Assembly: GCF_051594765.1 (NCBI RefSeq)
Contig: NZ_JBPPGJ010000003.1
Location: 264,226 to 328,225, forward strand
Direction of reading: 5' to 3'
DNA length: 64,000 bases
DNA from: Gorillibacterium sp. sgz5001074
GTDB lineage: Bacteria > Bacillota > Bacilli > Paenibacillales > NBRC-103111
In this document: positions 52,012 to 61,075 of the stretch, piece by piece
How positions within the stretch are numbered: position 1 is the stretch's first letter
How the letters are laid out: the number at the start of each line of letters is the position of its first letter
The notes under the pieces: generated by a model
The model's database searches: none
Told to the model about the DNA's origin: nothing
The model's input: only the letters and a program-made list of their open reading frames with translations
Program-made: the position numbers and the translations under genes

Positions 52012-52830
52012 TCAAAACCTTCTCAACCATTCCAGCATTCGATCTACAACTTCCTTATATCGTTGTCCGACAAGCAGGCCGGTGTGGGTGGTGTGCCTAA
52101 GTCCAGCATATTCCGCATGGAGCTGTTCCGCTGTCAACCTGCCTCGACGGTCATCATCATCGTCATTAACAGCTTTGACAACCAAGCTTGGGCAAGTGAC
52201 CAAGCTGCCATTTATGGAGATTCCCTCTCCATCCTCAAATGCCAAAAACGCATTGAATGCCTTCGCCGACTCCATGGCTAGATACTTTTTTTGAAATGCG
52301 ATGTCTTCCGCCGATTCGTCTAAGCTTGTGTGTTCTTCTCTTACTGGGGCGGGAATGATAGGCCCCGATGTGAACAGGACAATATTTTCGTACGGTACTG
52401 CTTCATGCACTTCCTTGCTTATGCTGGAATCAATCACAACCAGACCTGCCAGGGAGACGGTTTCGGCCAGCTTCTGACACAGGATTCCGCCCATGCTGAA
52501 TCCGATCAGGATCGGCGGAACGCCGCATTCAACGATTACCTCCCGAATGTCCTCCAAGTAATCCTCGAAAGAAATCGTTGTCATATCCAACATCCTGCTT
52601 CTGTAGTGACTTCTCATGTTCATGACATAGCATTTCCATCCTTCATTCACAAAGTGGGGGATGTATTTGCTCCACATCCAACTTCCTGTGTAGGCACCGT
52701 GTACAAACAACAGCGGCGTTCTAGCCGCTGCACTCGAGAAGTTATCGTCACCATATACTTCTAAGAATAAATCGTGTTCTCCAACGTACTTCTCTGTATG
52801 AGGGGGCAACCATTTCGTGTAATCCTTCAT
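52012..52830 (-). CDS. alpha/beta hydrolase
   Basis: GFSMGG nucleophile elbow. Confidence 0.75.
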   Translation of the reverse strand: MKDYTKWLPPHTEKYVGEHDLFLEVYGDDNFSSAAARTPLLFVHGAYTGSWMWSKYIPHFVNEGWKCYVMNMRSHYRSRMLDMTTISFEDYLEDIREVIVECGVPPILIGFSMGGILCQKLAETVSLAGLVVIDSSISKEVHEAVPYENIVLFTSGPIIPAPVREEHTSLDESAEDIAFQKKYLAMESAKAFNAFLAFEDGEGISINGSLVTCPSLVVKAVNDDDDDRRGRLTAEQLHAEYAGLRHTTHTGLLVGQRYKEVVDRMLEWLRRF

Positions 52831-52887
52831 CTTTCATTCCTCCTGTAGGCATTATAGTTTGACATCAAACCTTCTAACCAAAAAAAA

Positions 52888-53361
52888 TTAAAAGTTGCGA
52901 TAGATTTTCAATAAAATTCTCAGTAGTTCTTCTTTCTCTTGGTCTGTGATTCCTGAGTAAAACGCGTTCAACATGTCGTTCGATATGGATTCAAATACAG
53001 GTCTCAATTCCAGTCCCTTCTGCGTTAAGGAAACGAAGACAACTCTTGAATCATCCGTGTGCCTTTCCTTGGTTACATACCCGAGCCGGACTAATTTGTC
53101 GACAAGCGCCGTAACCGTGGATTTATCCTTGCCGATCTTCCTGGCGATCTCCGCCATGGTCAGCCTGGTCTTCCCCAATAGTGCATAGATGATATCCCCA
53201 TGCGAGGTTGCAATACCATCCATGCTATGCTTCGCCATCTCGGCAATTATAAACCTGTTGGCCTTCTCTCTGATCTTAGCAATAAGTGAAACAGCGTCTC
53301 TGATCTCCATATTCGTATTATAGTTTTGCATCAAACTATTGTCAATGAATGGATGTAGCAA
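52888..53361 (-). CDS. MarR family transcriptional regulator
   Basis: Winged HTH (LTMAEIARKIGKDKSTVTALVDKLVRLGYV). The real start may be an internal Met. Confidence 0.75.
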   Translation of the reverse strand: MLHPFIDNSLMQNYNTNMEIRDAVSLIAKIREKANRFIIAEMAKHSMDGIATSHGDIIYALLGKTRLTMAEIARKIGKDKSTVTALVDKLVRLGYVTKERHTDDSRVVFVSLTQKGLELRPVFESISNDMLNAFYSGITDQEKEELLRILLKIYRNF

Positions 53362-53385
53362 TCAATAGCACACTCTGTCTTCTAA

Positions 53386-53471
53386 GGAACTTGCCGTTAC
53401 TTGTGATACGGATCGCCGCGCTGTCTATAACGGCAAGTTTTAGAGCCATCCTTCCGGGACGGCTCTTTTTT
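53386..53471. repeat. rlmH 3-prime-end copy 3 (GATCCGTATCACAAGTAA, minus strand) within a 12-bp inverted repeat (AACTTGCCGTTA..TAACGGCAAGTT), followed by a terminator-like hairpin
   Basis: Direct repeat of the C-terminal codons and stop of rlmH at 63080-63103. A region of about 45 nt is about 85% identical to the copy at 60751-60800. Confidence 0.7.
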
Positions 53472-53492
53472 GTCTCTCTTATCTAAACTCTG

Positions 53493-54038
53493 TCAGTGCT
53501 TACAGAGTTTTTCATACACCTCATAAACTGCGAGCACCTGCTCCACAAAGCCTTTCTCGGCACTTTCAATCCATTTGATAAAAGCCATGTAAAAAATTTC
53601 AACCGCAAATCGTGCGGCAAGCTCTGACAGCTCGCGATCAAATTTGACAGACAATGCGTTTGTGACAGACCCCATTAGCGCCTGGCTTTTCAGCAGCTCA
53701 CGCTCCTGCAAATCAGGGTTGCTTTGAATAATTTGATTCCGCGCCAGCACCCTCTCCCGCTCGCCATCAAAAAAACTAAAAACCGAGGCAAAGCCATCAA
53801 CGGCAAGCTTCAGCGGATTTTGCTCGACGTCGATATGGTCCGTGATAAAAGCCGCGACTCGATGCCCCATCTCATTTCTCGTGTCAAAAAGCACGTCAGA
53901 TTTGTCCTTGAATTGCCGGAAAAAGGTTCTCTCCGTCACACCTACAAGGCTTGCAATCTCTTGCACCGTCGTATTTTCATAGCCTTTTTCCATAAATAAT
54001 TTCGTGGCCGCCGCCTGCAGTTTCTCTTTACTATTCAT
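53493..54038 (-). CDS. TetR/AcrR family transcriptional regulator
   Basis: TetR HTH (AATKLFMEKGYENTTVQEIASLVGVTERTFFRQF). Confidence 0.8.
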   Translation of the reverse strand: MNSKEKLQAAATKLFMEKGYENTTVQEIASLVGVTERTFFRQFKDKSDVLFDTRNEMGHRVAAFITDHIDVEQNPLKLAVDGFASVFSFFDGERERVLARNQIIQSNPDLQERELLKSQALMGSVTNALSVKFDRELSELAARFAVEIFYMAFIKWIESAEKGFVEQVLAVYEVYEKLCKH

Positions 54039-54186
54039 TTTACCATTCCTATTTTTATAATTTTTTACATTTTTACGAAAAGGTCAGTAACTGACATTTT
54101 ATCTTGACAACAGTATCCAGCAAGCGCATAATGATCTCAAATGTCAGTCACTGACATAACTTTATCAAAAAGAAGGAGAGAACACA

Positions 54187-55074
54187 ATGAAAATCACCGT
54201 TCTCGGCTCACTCGGCAATATCAATCGTAACTACCTTCCACGCCTCATCGCAGACGGTCACGATGTCACCGTCATCACAAGCTCCAAAGATCGGGTCTCC
54301 GACATCGAAGCTCTCGGCGCCAAGGCTGCTGTCGGCTCAAATCGTGATGTCGACTTCCTCACCAAGGCTTTCACAGGCAGCGACGTCGTTTACCTCATGA
54401 TTTCTGGCATCCATTTTGCCACTGGCACGGATATGTGGCAGACCGCCATCGAGCTTTCTGAAAATTACAAGACCGCCGTTCTAAACTCAGGCGTGAAAAA
54501 CGTCATCAACCTCAGCTCAGTGGGCGCTGACAACCCCAACGCCGGCATCCTTTACAGCTATCATTTTGCAGAAGACGCGCTCAACTCGCTCGAAGGCGTG
54601 AACGTTGTTCATATCCGCCCTGTCGGCTTTTACAGTAATCTTTTTGCCGACATGCAAAGCCTTAAAGCCCAGCGAATCCTCTTCAGTCCCATTTCAGCCG
54701 ACATCCCGCAAGGGTGGGTCAGCCCCGTTGATATCGCGGACGTCGCTTACGCTCTGATTTCTCACACCCCAGCGGGAAAAAGCACGAAATTCGTAGTAAG
54801 CGATTGGGCCACATGCAACGACTGGCTAAATGCTCTTGCTGAAAATGATATCGAAGCCAAGTTCCAAAAAATCCCCGTCGAAGCTCTCGCTGAAAATATG
54901 AAGAAAATCGGCTTCCATGAAAACACCGCCAACGGCTTCGCCCAATTGTACCGCGCGGGTGAAAACGCCGACGAATTCTACGCCAGCCTCCGTGCCACCG
55001 ACTACTACCTCGGCAAAGTCAAGATTGGAGACTTTGCAAAGGTTTTTGCGGATGTATATAAAAAATCAGTTTAA
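54187..55074 (+). CDS. NmrA-like NAD(P)-binding protein
   Basis: MKITVLGSLGNINRNYLPRLIADGHDVTVI Rossmann motif. Confidence 0.7.
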   Translation: MKITVLGSLGNINRNYLPRLIADGHDVTVITSSKDRVSDIEALGAKAAVGSNRDVDFLTKAFTGSDVVYLMISGIHFATGTDMWQTAIELSENYKTAVLNSGVKNVINLSSVGADNPNAGILYSYHFAEDALNSLEGVNVVHIRPVGFYSNLFADMQSLKAQRILFSPISADIPQGWVSPVDIADVAYALISHTPAGKSTKFVVSDWATCNDWLNALAENDIEAKFQKIPVEALAENMKKIGFHENTANGFAQLYRAGENADEFYASLRATDYYLGKVKIGDFAKVFADVYKKSV

Positions 55075-55154
55075 ACCATTTTGGATTACAAACCGTTCTT
55101 ATTACCTCCACAAAAACTAACAGAGCACCCGAATAGGTGCCCTTCCACGATTCA

Positions 55155-55730
55155 TTAGCTATGCGATTCGATTAATATCCTAGCAGCCTGTTCGATGTCA
55201 GCCGGCGGGGCATCGGGGCCGACCAACCGCGCGATCATACAGAATCCTTCCATCAAGACGAAGAGCTGTCGCGACAGTCCTTCGGGGGATCGCAAATTCG
55301 CTTGCCTGCATATGTCTTCCAAACGACGGATGACAGATTGCTTGTGTCGGCTTACTTCCTGATTCACCATATGGTCGGGGAACGGATACTCCACGGCGAC
55401 CGCTTGATACAGACAGAAGCTCGATTGCGGCGACTTCGAATGTTGGCCTGCAATCGCTTTAAACAATGCAAGAATCTGCTCCCGCGATTCGGCCTTACCT
55501 ACCGTCTTATCAAACCATTCCCAATACATCTCGCTGGAACGTTCCAGAATGGCAACAATTAAATGATCCTTGGACGGAAAGTGTTTGTATAAGGTCATCT
55601 TCGTAACACCAGCTTCGGCAGCGATGCGGTCGACACCGATTGCATGGAAGCCGTTAGTGAAAAACAACTGACTCCCGGTCAACAGCAATTGCTCCCTAGT
55701 GGCTGATTTCCGGTCATTCATAACACTCAT
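55155..55730 (-). CDS. TetR/AcrR family transcriptional regulator
   Basis: Start MSVMNDRKSATREQLL with an AGAGGTGA RBS. The upstream track extension is non-coding. Confidence 0.75.
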   Translation of the reverse strand: MSVMNDRKSATREQLLLTGSQLFFTNGFHAIGVDRIAAEAGVTKMTLYKHFPSKDHLIVAILERSSEMYWEWFDKTVGKAESREQILALFKAIAGQHSKSPQSSFCLYQAVAVEYPFPDHMVNQEVSRHKQSVIRRLEDICRQANLRSPEGLSRQLFVLMEGFCMIARLVGPDAPPADIEQAARILIESHS

Positions 55731-55747
55731 TTTAAAATCACCTCTAT

Positions 55748-55819
55748 ACTTGACAGTATACAGATCGGTATGTATACTGTCAATTAAAACCAGCGGTATA
55801 CAGACTTGTATGTATACTC
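55748..55819. promoter_or_regulatory. divergent TetR-controlled promoter: perfect 12-bp inverted repeat TTGACAGTATAC-(10)-GTATACTGTCAA overlapping a consensus sigma-A promoter, plus a second GTATAC-containing half-palindrome
   Basis: TTGACA at 55750-55755, a 17-nt spacer, then TATACT at 55773-55778. The inverted-repeat arms are 55750-55761 and 55772-55783. Confidence 0.6.
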
Positions 55820-55836
55820 TAAAAGGAGGAGAAGAA

Positions 55837-56484
55837 ATGAAGATCGGATTCATCGGTTCGGGCAACGTCGGGCAATCGTTGGGGCGCGTATTGGTTCAAC
55901 AGGGGTATGATGTGAAGCTTGGCGCGAGGGACTTGAGTAAGTTGAGGATCTGGCAAGAATCGTTCGGGGCTAATGAAAGGGCGAGCGTTGGCACCTACCG
56001 GGAAGCAGCCGAACATGGCGAGATTATCTTCAACGTTACGCCTGGCGCCGTATCGCTCGAAGCCTTGCAGTCGGTAGGTCGGGTAGCGCTTGCCGGCAAA
56101 ATTCTTATCGATGTTGCGCTTCCACTCGTATTCGCGAATGGCGAGCTGGGATTGTCAGTCCCCCACAACGACTCGCTCGGAGAACAGATCCAACGCGCCT
56201 TCCCAGATACGAAAGTCGTCAAAACGCTTAATACCGTAACGTCTGCCCTTATGATCCATCCGTACCAGCTTGCAGAGGGCCAGCACGATATGTTTATCGG
56301 GGGTAATGATGTAGACGCAAAAAAACAGGTCTCAGAGTACCTGCGCAAATGGTTCGGTTGGAAGAACATTCTGGATCTAGGCGACATCTCATCTGCACGC
56401 GCAACAGAGGGCCTTCTCCTGCTTACCTCCAGAATATATGGCGCCCTCGGTCATGCGAACTTTAATCTGAAAATCATTCACTAA
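55837..56484 (+). CDS. NADP-binding oxidoreductase (F420-dependent NADP reductase / ProC-like Rossmann family)
   Basis: MKIGFIGSGNVGQSLG start after an AAAAGGAGGAG RBS. Confidence 0.65.
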   Translation: MKIGFIGSGNVGQSLGRVLVQQGYDVKLGARDLSKLRIWQESFGANERASVGTYREAAEHGEIIFNVTPGAVSLEALQSVGRVALAGKILIDVALPLVFANGELGLSVPHNDSLGEQIQRAFPDTKVVKTLNTVTSALMIHPYQLAEGQHDMFIGGNDVDAKKQVSEYLRKWFGWKNILDLGDISSARATEGLLLLTSRIYGALGHANFNLKIIH

Positions 56485-56491
56485 AACAGAC

Positions 56492-57952
56492 ATGACTAAC
56501 AGGAAGGACTCACCCTCCTCATCGGTCCGCCATCTCGCCGTGCCGATGGCCGCGATCATTGTCGGGATGTTTATCGTCTATTTGGATCAGACGGTTTTGA
56601 ATGTGATTTTGCCAAATATAATTACATCACTTCATAGCACATACCCTGCAGCGCAATGGACGATTACCGGATACTCGCTCGCTATGGCGTCCCTCATACC
56701 CATTGCGGGCTGGCTCTCCGACCGGTTCGGCGCCAAGCCGGTCCTGCTCATGGCGATTGCTTGGTTTGGGGCGGCTTCTGCTCTTTGCGCGCTGTCTTCC
56801 ACGATGGAACAACTGATCTTGTTCCGCTCCGTTCAGGGCATTAGCGGAGGTCTGGTGACGCCAGTAGGGCTTGCGATGATCTATCGTCTGAGCCCCTCAG
56901 GGCAGACCGGCAAGGTCATGGCGATGATCAGCATTCCGGTTCTGCTAGCCCCCGCTTTCGGTCCAATTCTAGCCGGTTACCTTGCCGACCATTTATCCTG
57001 GCACTGGGTGTTCCTGATCAACGTTCCGCTCTGTCTCATCGGCCTCCTTCACGGTATTCGCTATCTTCCGCGGATTACCAGCGGGCCCACAGCAAGATTG
57101 GACCCTTATGGATTATTCCTCGCCCCCGTTGCAGTTGTTGGGCTTTGTTACGGGCTTAGCGCAGGCACCAGTAGTTGGCATTCCACACAGACAATCGGCA
57201 GTTTTTTGACGGGATTCATCAGTCTCATTCTATTGATCGTCGCTGAATTACGGCAACCGGAACCGTTGTTGGAACTTCGCGTCTACCGTTCCCGTGGTTT
57301 TGCCAAAGGCAGCTTTATACTGGCAGCGGGGCAAATCGCTGTTTTCGGAAGCCTTTATTTGTTGCCGCAATGGCTGCAGAACGTAAGAGGTAGCGGCGCA
57401 TTCGAGTCCGGACTGCTCATGCTACCGTATGCGGTATCGTCGGGTATTGTCTTACAATGGTCGGGCAAATGGTTCGACAGATTCGGAGTTCGGAGATTAG
57501 CGATAGCCGGAATGTGCGGCCTGGGGATTGACGGATTTTTGCTGGCTCGCCTCGAACCGAATAGCAGTACGCTTTGGATCGTTCTGCCGATCGTCTTGCT
57601 TGGCGCGAGCTCGGGTCTATGCATGATGCCACTGAGTACACATCTCATGCTAATGGCCCCACGGGAGCTGGTCAGCCGAGTATCCTCGCTAGCCGGCGCC
57701 TCCCAACAGGTCATTGTGTCTTTAACCATCGCCGGGCTGACAACCTTATTGACTGGATATATGGGGTCGCCTGTGAGTAGACCTCCCCCTCTCGTTCAAG
57801 ACTGGCTGCCAGCGTTTCGTATAACTTTTGCAACAACTTCAATTACTGCCCTTCTCGGCGCAACGATCGTAATATTCATAAAAAACGATTATAGTTTACG
57901 AAATAGGAATGGTGATTTGATTTCTAAAGAAAAAAAGAGAAGCCCGGATTAA
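56492..57952 (+). CDS. MFS transporter, DHA2 (EmrB/QacA-like, 14 TM) drug:H+ antiporter family
   Basis: 486 aa with motif A-like regions (LDQTVLNVILPNI.., GWLSDRFGAKPVLL). Confidence 0.75.
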   Translation: MTNRKDSPSSSVRHLAVPMAAIIVGMFIVYLDQTVLNVILPNIITSLHSTYPAAQWTITGYSLAMASLIPIAGWLSDRFGAKPVLLMAIAWFGAASALCALSSTMEQLILFRSVQGISGGLVTPVGLAMIYRLSPSGQTGKVMAMISIPVLLAPAFGPILAGYLADHLSWHWVFLINVPLCLIGLLHGIRYLPRITSGPTARLDPYGLFLAPVAVVGLCYGLSAGTSSWHSTQTIGSFLTGFISLILLIVAELRQPEPLLELRVYRSRGFAKGSFILAAGQIAVFGSLYLLPQWLQNVRGSGAFESGLLMLPYAVSSGIVLQWSGKWFDRFGVRRLAIAGMCGLGIDGFLLARLEPNSSTLWIVLPIVLLGASSGLCMMPLSTHLMLMAPRELVSRVSSLAGASQQVIVSLTIAGLTTLLTGYMGSPVSRPPPLVQDWLPAFRITFATTSITALLGATIVIFIKNDYSLRNRNGDLISKEKKRSPD

Positions 57953-58213
57953 TCAAGGACCGGCCGTTCTTCGCACAGAAGTCCGCCCTAACCACATGGG
58001 ATGGGTGGCCGACATTGATCGCTTGCGGGTTATGTGAATACAAAAAGAGAGGACCTTCCCGGTACGGTTCTCCGTATCACTCTAACGGCGAAAAATAAGC
58101 CATTGGATTTCGGTTCTCCTAGCTATCGGTAATGAAAGTTTTAAGGCCATCCTTAATCTCCCGCATCTATGAAGAAAAGACAGGGCGGTCGCCCCTGTCT
58201 TTCTTTACGTTAA

Positions 58214-59002
58214 CTAAATTTTCCCATTATATATTTTAACTGTAATTGGAGCGACAATCAGAACAAGGAGTATGCCGATAAAGATGGTCATTGATGCGCT
58301 TGAAGTGAACTCTCCATGATTGGCTAAATCTTTAAAAGCCGTGACCAAATAAGTAATAGGATTATGTTCAGCTACGCTCCGCAAAAAATGGGGCAACGTA
58401 TCAATAGGCACGAAGGCGTTGGATAGGAACGACATCATCATGGTGACCATTGTCGAAATACTAGAGATCGTTGCTGCGGATTTGGATACCAGACCAATCA
58501 ATGCAAACACCCAACTGATGGCGCATGCGCCGAATATGGCCAAAAGCGAAGCGACGATCAACCACCCAAACCCGGCTTCCGGACGCCATCCAAGAATGTA
58601 GCCCGTACCGATCGAGAAAAAAGCCGCCGCGACATATCGTAAAATATCTGATGTCACTAAACCAGCCAGTGGAGCAATCCGGACAATGGGTAATGATTTA
58701 AACCGATCAAAAACGCCAGTATCCAAATCCTCCCGTAACTGCGTGCCCGTTGCCGCTGACGACATGACCAGTGTTTGAATGAGAATTCCCGGCACGATGA
58801 TTGGCAAGTATCCTTGTACACCTCCAGCAATCGCACCTCCGAATAGATATGAAAAGACGATCATGAAGAAAATAGGGATTACGGTTACATCGATCAATTT
58901 ATCGGGATTATGTTTGATTTTCAGGATATTTCTTTTTGCCATTACAACAATATCATACAGAGCGCTCTTTAAGTTGTTTTGTTTGCTTATCACAGATTCC
59001 AT
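58214..59002 (-). CDS. ABC-2 type transporter permease (DrrB-like)
   Basis: 262 aa, 6 TM. Confidence 0.7.
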   Translation of the reverse strand: MESVISKQNNLKSALYDIVVMAKRNILKIKHNPDKLIDVTVIPIFFMIVFSYLFGGAIAGGVQGYLPIIVPGILIQTLVMSSAATGTQLREDLDTGVFDRFKSLPIVRIAPLAGLVTSDILRYVAAAFFSIGTGYILGWRPEAGFGWLIVASLLAIFGACAISWVFALIGLVSKSAATISSISTMVTMMMSFLSNAFVPIDTLPHFLRSVAEHNPITYLVTAFKDLANHGEFTSSASMTIFIGILLVLIVAPITVKIYNGKI

Positions 59003-59017
59003 GTTTATCTCCCCTAA

Positions 59018-59947
59018 TTATTTAGTTAGTTCCAAAAACACCTCATCAAGCGTTGGTTTTCTAACTGAAAACTCTTTGATTTCTATATCATGCTGAGTTA
59101 AATCTACTAGTAATCTGGTCATCACTTTCGTGTCTGCCAGCTTAACGGTCAATTTGGTTCCTTCGGGTGAAATCATGGCCTCCTGAGCGATTTCCGCCTT
59201 GATTAGTCCTTTGGCTCTTTCGGCATCCCTCATATGCTCCAGAGTAATTTCAAAATGGGTATCGCTTAACAAAGACTTCAATTCATTCGGCGTTCCCTGA
59301 GAAATGATTCTTCCATGATTAATTATCGCTAGTCGATCTGCTAGTTGATCCGCTTCCTCCAAATACTGAGTTGTCAGCAAGATCGTTGCCCCGTCGCTTG
59401 CCAAGTTGCGGATCACTTCCCACATCTCTCCTCGTGTGCGTGGATCTAAGCCCGTTGTCGGTTCATCAAGAAAAATGAGTGGGGGCTTCACGATTAAACT
59501 CACCGATAAATCCAATCGTCTACGCATCCCGCCCGAAAATTCACGAATCGGTCGATCCTTTGCCTCGGTTAATGAAAACTGATTGAGAAGTTCAAGAGCC
59601 CTCGCTTTGGATTGACTCGCTGATAAACCATTCAATTGCCCAAAGAGCTTCAAGTTTTCCATCGCGGTCAATTCCTCATCAACGGTTGCATATTGGCCCG
59701 TCAAGCCAATCAAGCTTCGAACCTTTCGAGCGTCTTTGGTGACGTCTTTGCCAAAAATCATGGCTTTGCCTTTTGACACTTTAGTAATCGTTGCAAGCAT
59801 TCGCAAGAAAGTTGTCTTTCCTGCACCATTCGGACCCAGAATACCGAAAATCTCTCCTTTCTTAATATCCAAAGAAATACCATCGACTGCTCGCTTGTTA
59901 GGAAATTCTTTAACGAGCTCTTTAGTTGAAACGGCTAGCTCTGTCAT
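59018..59947 (-). CDS. ABC transporter ATP-binding protein (DrrA-like)
   Basis: Walker A (GPNGAGKTT) and signature (FSGGMRRRL). Start at MTELAVS. Confidence 0.8.
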   Translation of the reverse strand: MTELAVSTKELVKEFPNKRAVDGISLDIKKGEIFGILGPNGAGKTTFLRMLATITKVSKGKAMIFGKDVTKDARKVRSLIGLTGQYATVDEELTAMENLKLFGQLNGLSASQSKARALELLNQFSLTEAKDRPIREFSGGMRRRLDLSVSLIVKPPLIFLDEPTTGLDPRTRGEMWEVIRNLASDGATILLTTQYLEEADQLADRLAIINHGRIISQGTPNELKSLLSDTHFEITLEHMRDAERAKGLIKAEIAQEAMISPEGTKLTVKLADTKVMTRLLVDLTQHDIEIKEFSVRKPTLDEVFLELTK

Positions 59948-59971
59948 TCTGTTTTCTCCTTTGCGCATTTA

Positions 59972-60012
59972 ATAAGGATACCTTACTAATAAAATAAGGT
60001 ACCCTTACTAAA
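59972..60012. promoter_or_regulatory. two direct copies of a palindromic box (TAAGGATACCTTACTA / TAAGGTACCCTTACTA); putative MarR operator
   Basis: Each copy contains TAAGG..CCTTA inverted half-sites. Located 25 nt upstream of the ABC ATPase start and 80 nt upstream of marR. Confidence 0.5.
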
Positions 60013-60091
60013 ATGTCAACCACATAATTTGAATTACTTCGGTGACCTGATAAAATAGAGAGGTACGGAGAACAAATAAGGGGAAATTATT

Positions 60092-60553
60092 GTGGATGAA
60101 AAACAATTAAACGTCGATATAACGACTAACTTCATGAAATATAATGATTTACTTACGGCGTTCTTAAAAGAAAACATACTTAAAGGCAGCAGCGTGTTTA
60201 CCTCTCTAAATCGAGGGCAAGGGAAAATATTGAGCATCCTTCATCAGACACCAAGTATTTCCCAAAAGGAATTAGTCAATCAATTGGATATGCGCCCGCA
60301 ATCTGCTTCTGAAATGATTAAAAAGCTAGAAAAAAAGGGATTCATCGAGCGGTATAAATCTGAAGAGGATCAACGCGTGATGATGATTACGCTAACTAAA
60401 GCCGGCAAAGTCGTTTTAAATCAAGCCGGAGACTTTCAGCCTGTATTTTTAAATGTTCTAACGATGGATGAAAAACAACAATTTAATCGAATACTCGAAA
60501 AACTTGTAGCCGAAATTGAACCCGAAGTCGCCAAATCTCGAAACAAGCAATAG
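60092..60553 (+). CDS. MarR family transcriptional regulator (low GC)
   Basis: Winged HTH (SISQKELVNQLDMRPQSASEMIKKLEKKGFI). Confidence 0.8.
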   Translation: MDEKQLNVDITTNFMKYNDLLTAFLKENILKGSSVFTSLNRGQGKILSILHQTPSISQKELVNQLDMRPQSASEMIKKLEKKGFIERYKSEEDQRVMMITLTKAGKVVLNQAGDFQPVFLNVLTMDEKQQFNRILEKLVAEIEPEVAKSRNKQ

Positions 60554-60750
60554 GGGCGTTATATCTAGATGCCGAAGGGGCGGGTTACCAGCTTCACGCC
60601 TGAATTTCCGGAGAAGGTCGGTTGCAAAAATCAAAGGGAGCCGTCCCAAATTCGATGATTTGGGAACGGCTCCCTTTACGGTTTGCCTCACTTTTCGCTT
60701 GCTATTCATTTTTTTGGGACATTCCAACGTATTGCAGCGAGCAAATTCGC

Positions 60751-60800
60751 CCTACTTATGATACGGTTCTCCGCGTTATCTGTAACGGCAAGTTTTAGGG
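60751..60800. repeat. rlmH 3-prime-end copy 2 (GAACCGTATCATAAGTAG identical to the native gene end; encodes RGEPYHK-stop) plus flanking element-end homology (..GTAACGGCAAGTTTTAGGGCC)
   Basis: 20 of 20 nt identical to 63081-63100. The flank is about 85% identical to 53415-53447. Confidence 0.7.
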
Positions 60801-60961
60801 CCAGTTTTGCAGGATGGAGAATTTCCGGTGTAAATCAATTAGTTTTTTTCCGAAGCTCTTCTCCCAAACAGCTCGATGCTTCTTCATCAACTCCATAAGA
60901 TATAAATCATGGACGTTTACTTCTGTAACCCTCCCTTGGAGTTAAATACTATCGCAGATAA

Positions 60962-61012
60962 AAAAAAGAATGCCGTGCATTTCCTGCACAACATTACGGC
61001 ATTCTCCCCAAT
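60962..61012 (-). terminator. rho-independent terminator of the helicase gene
   Basis: 10-bp stem (AGAATGCCGT/ACGGCATTCT) followed by T8 on the minus strand. Confidence 0.65.
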
Positions 61013-61075
61013 CGGTATGTTTACAGCTCGGCCAACGGCGAAGGTTTACTGCGCCAATGGTATGCAGCTAGCATT

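Noticed and set aside
55699-55836. Upstream extension of the NADP-oxidoreductase ORF (track start 55699)
   Set aside because: The extension overlaps the divergent TetR operator/promoter and has no RBS. MKIGFIGSG at 55837 has a perfect AAAAGGAGGAG RBS.
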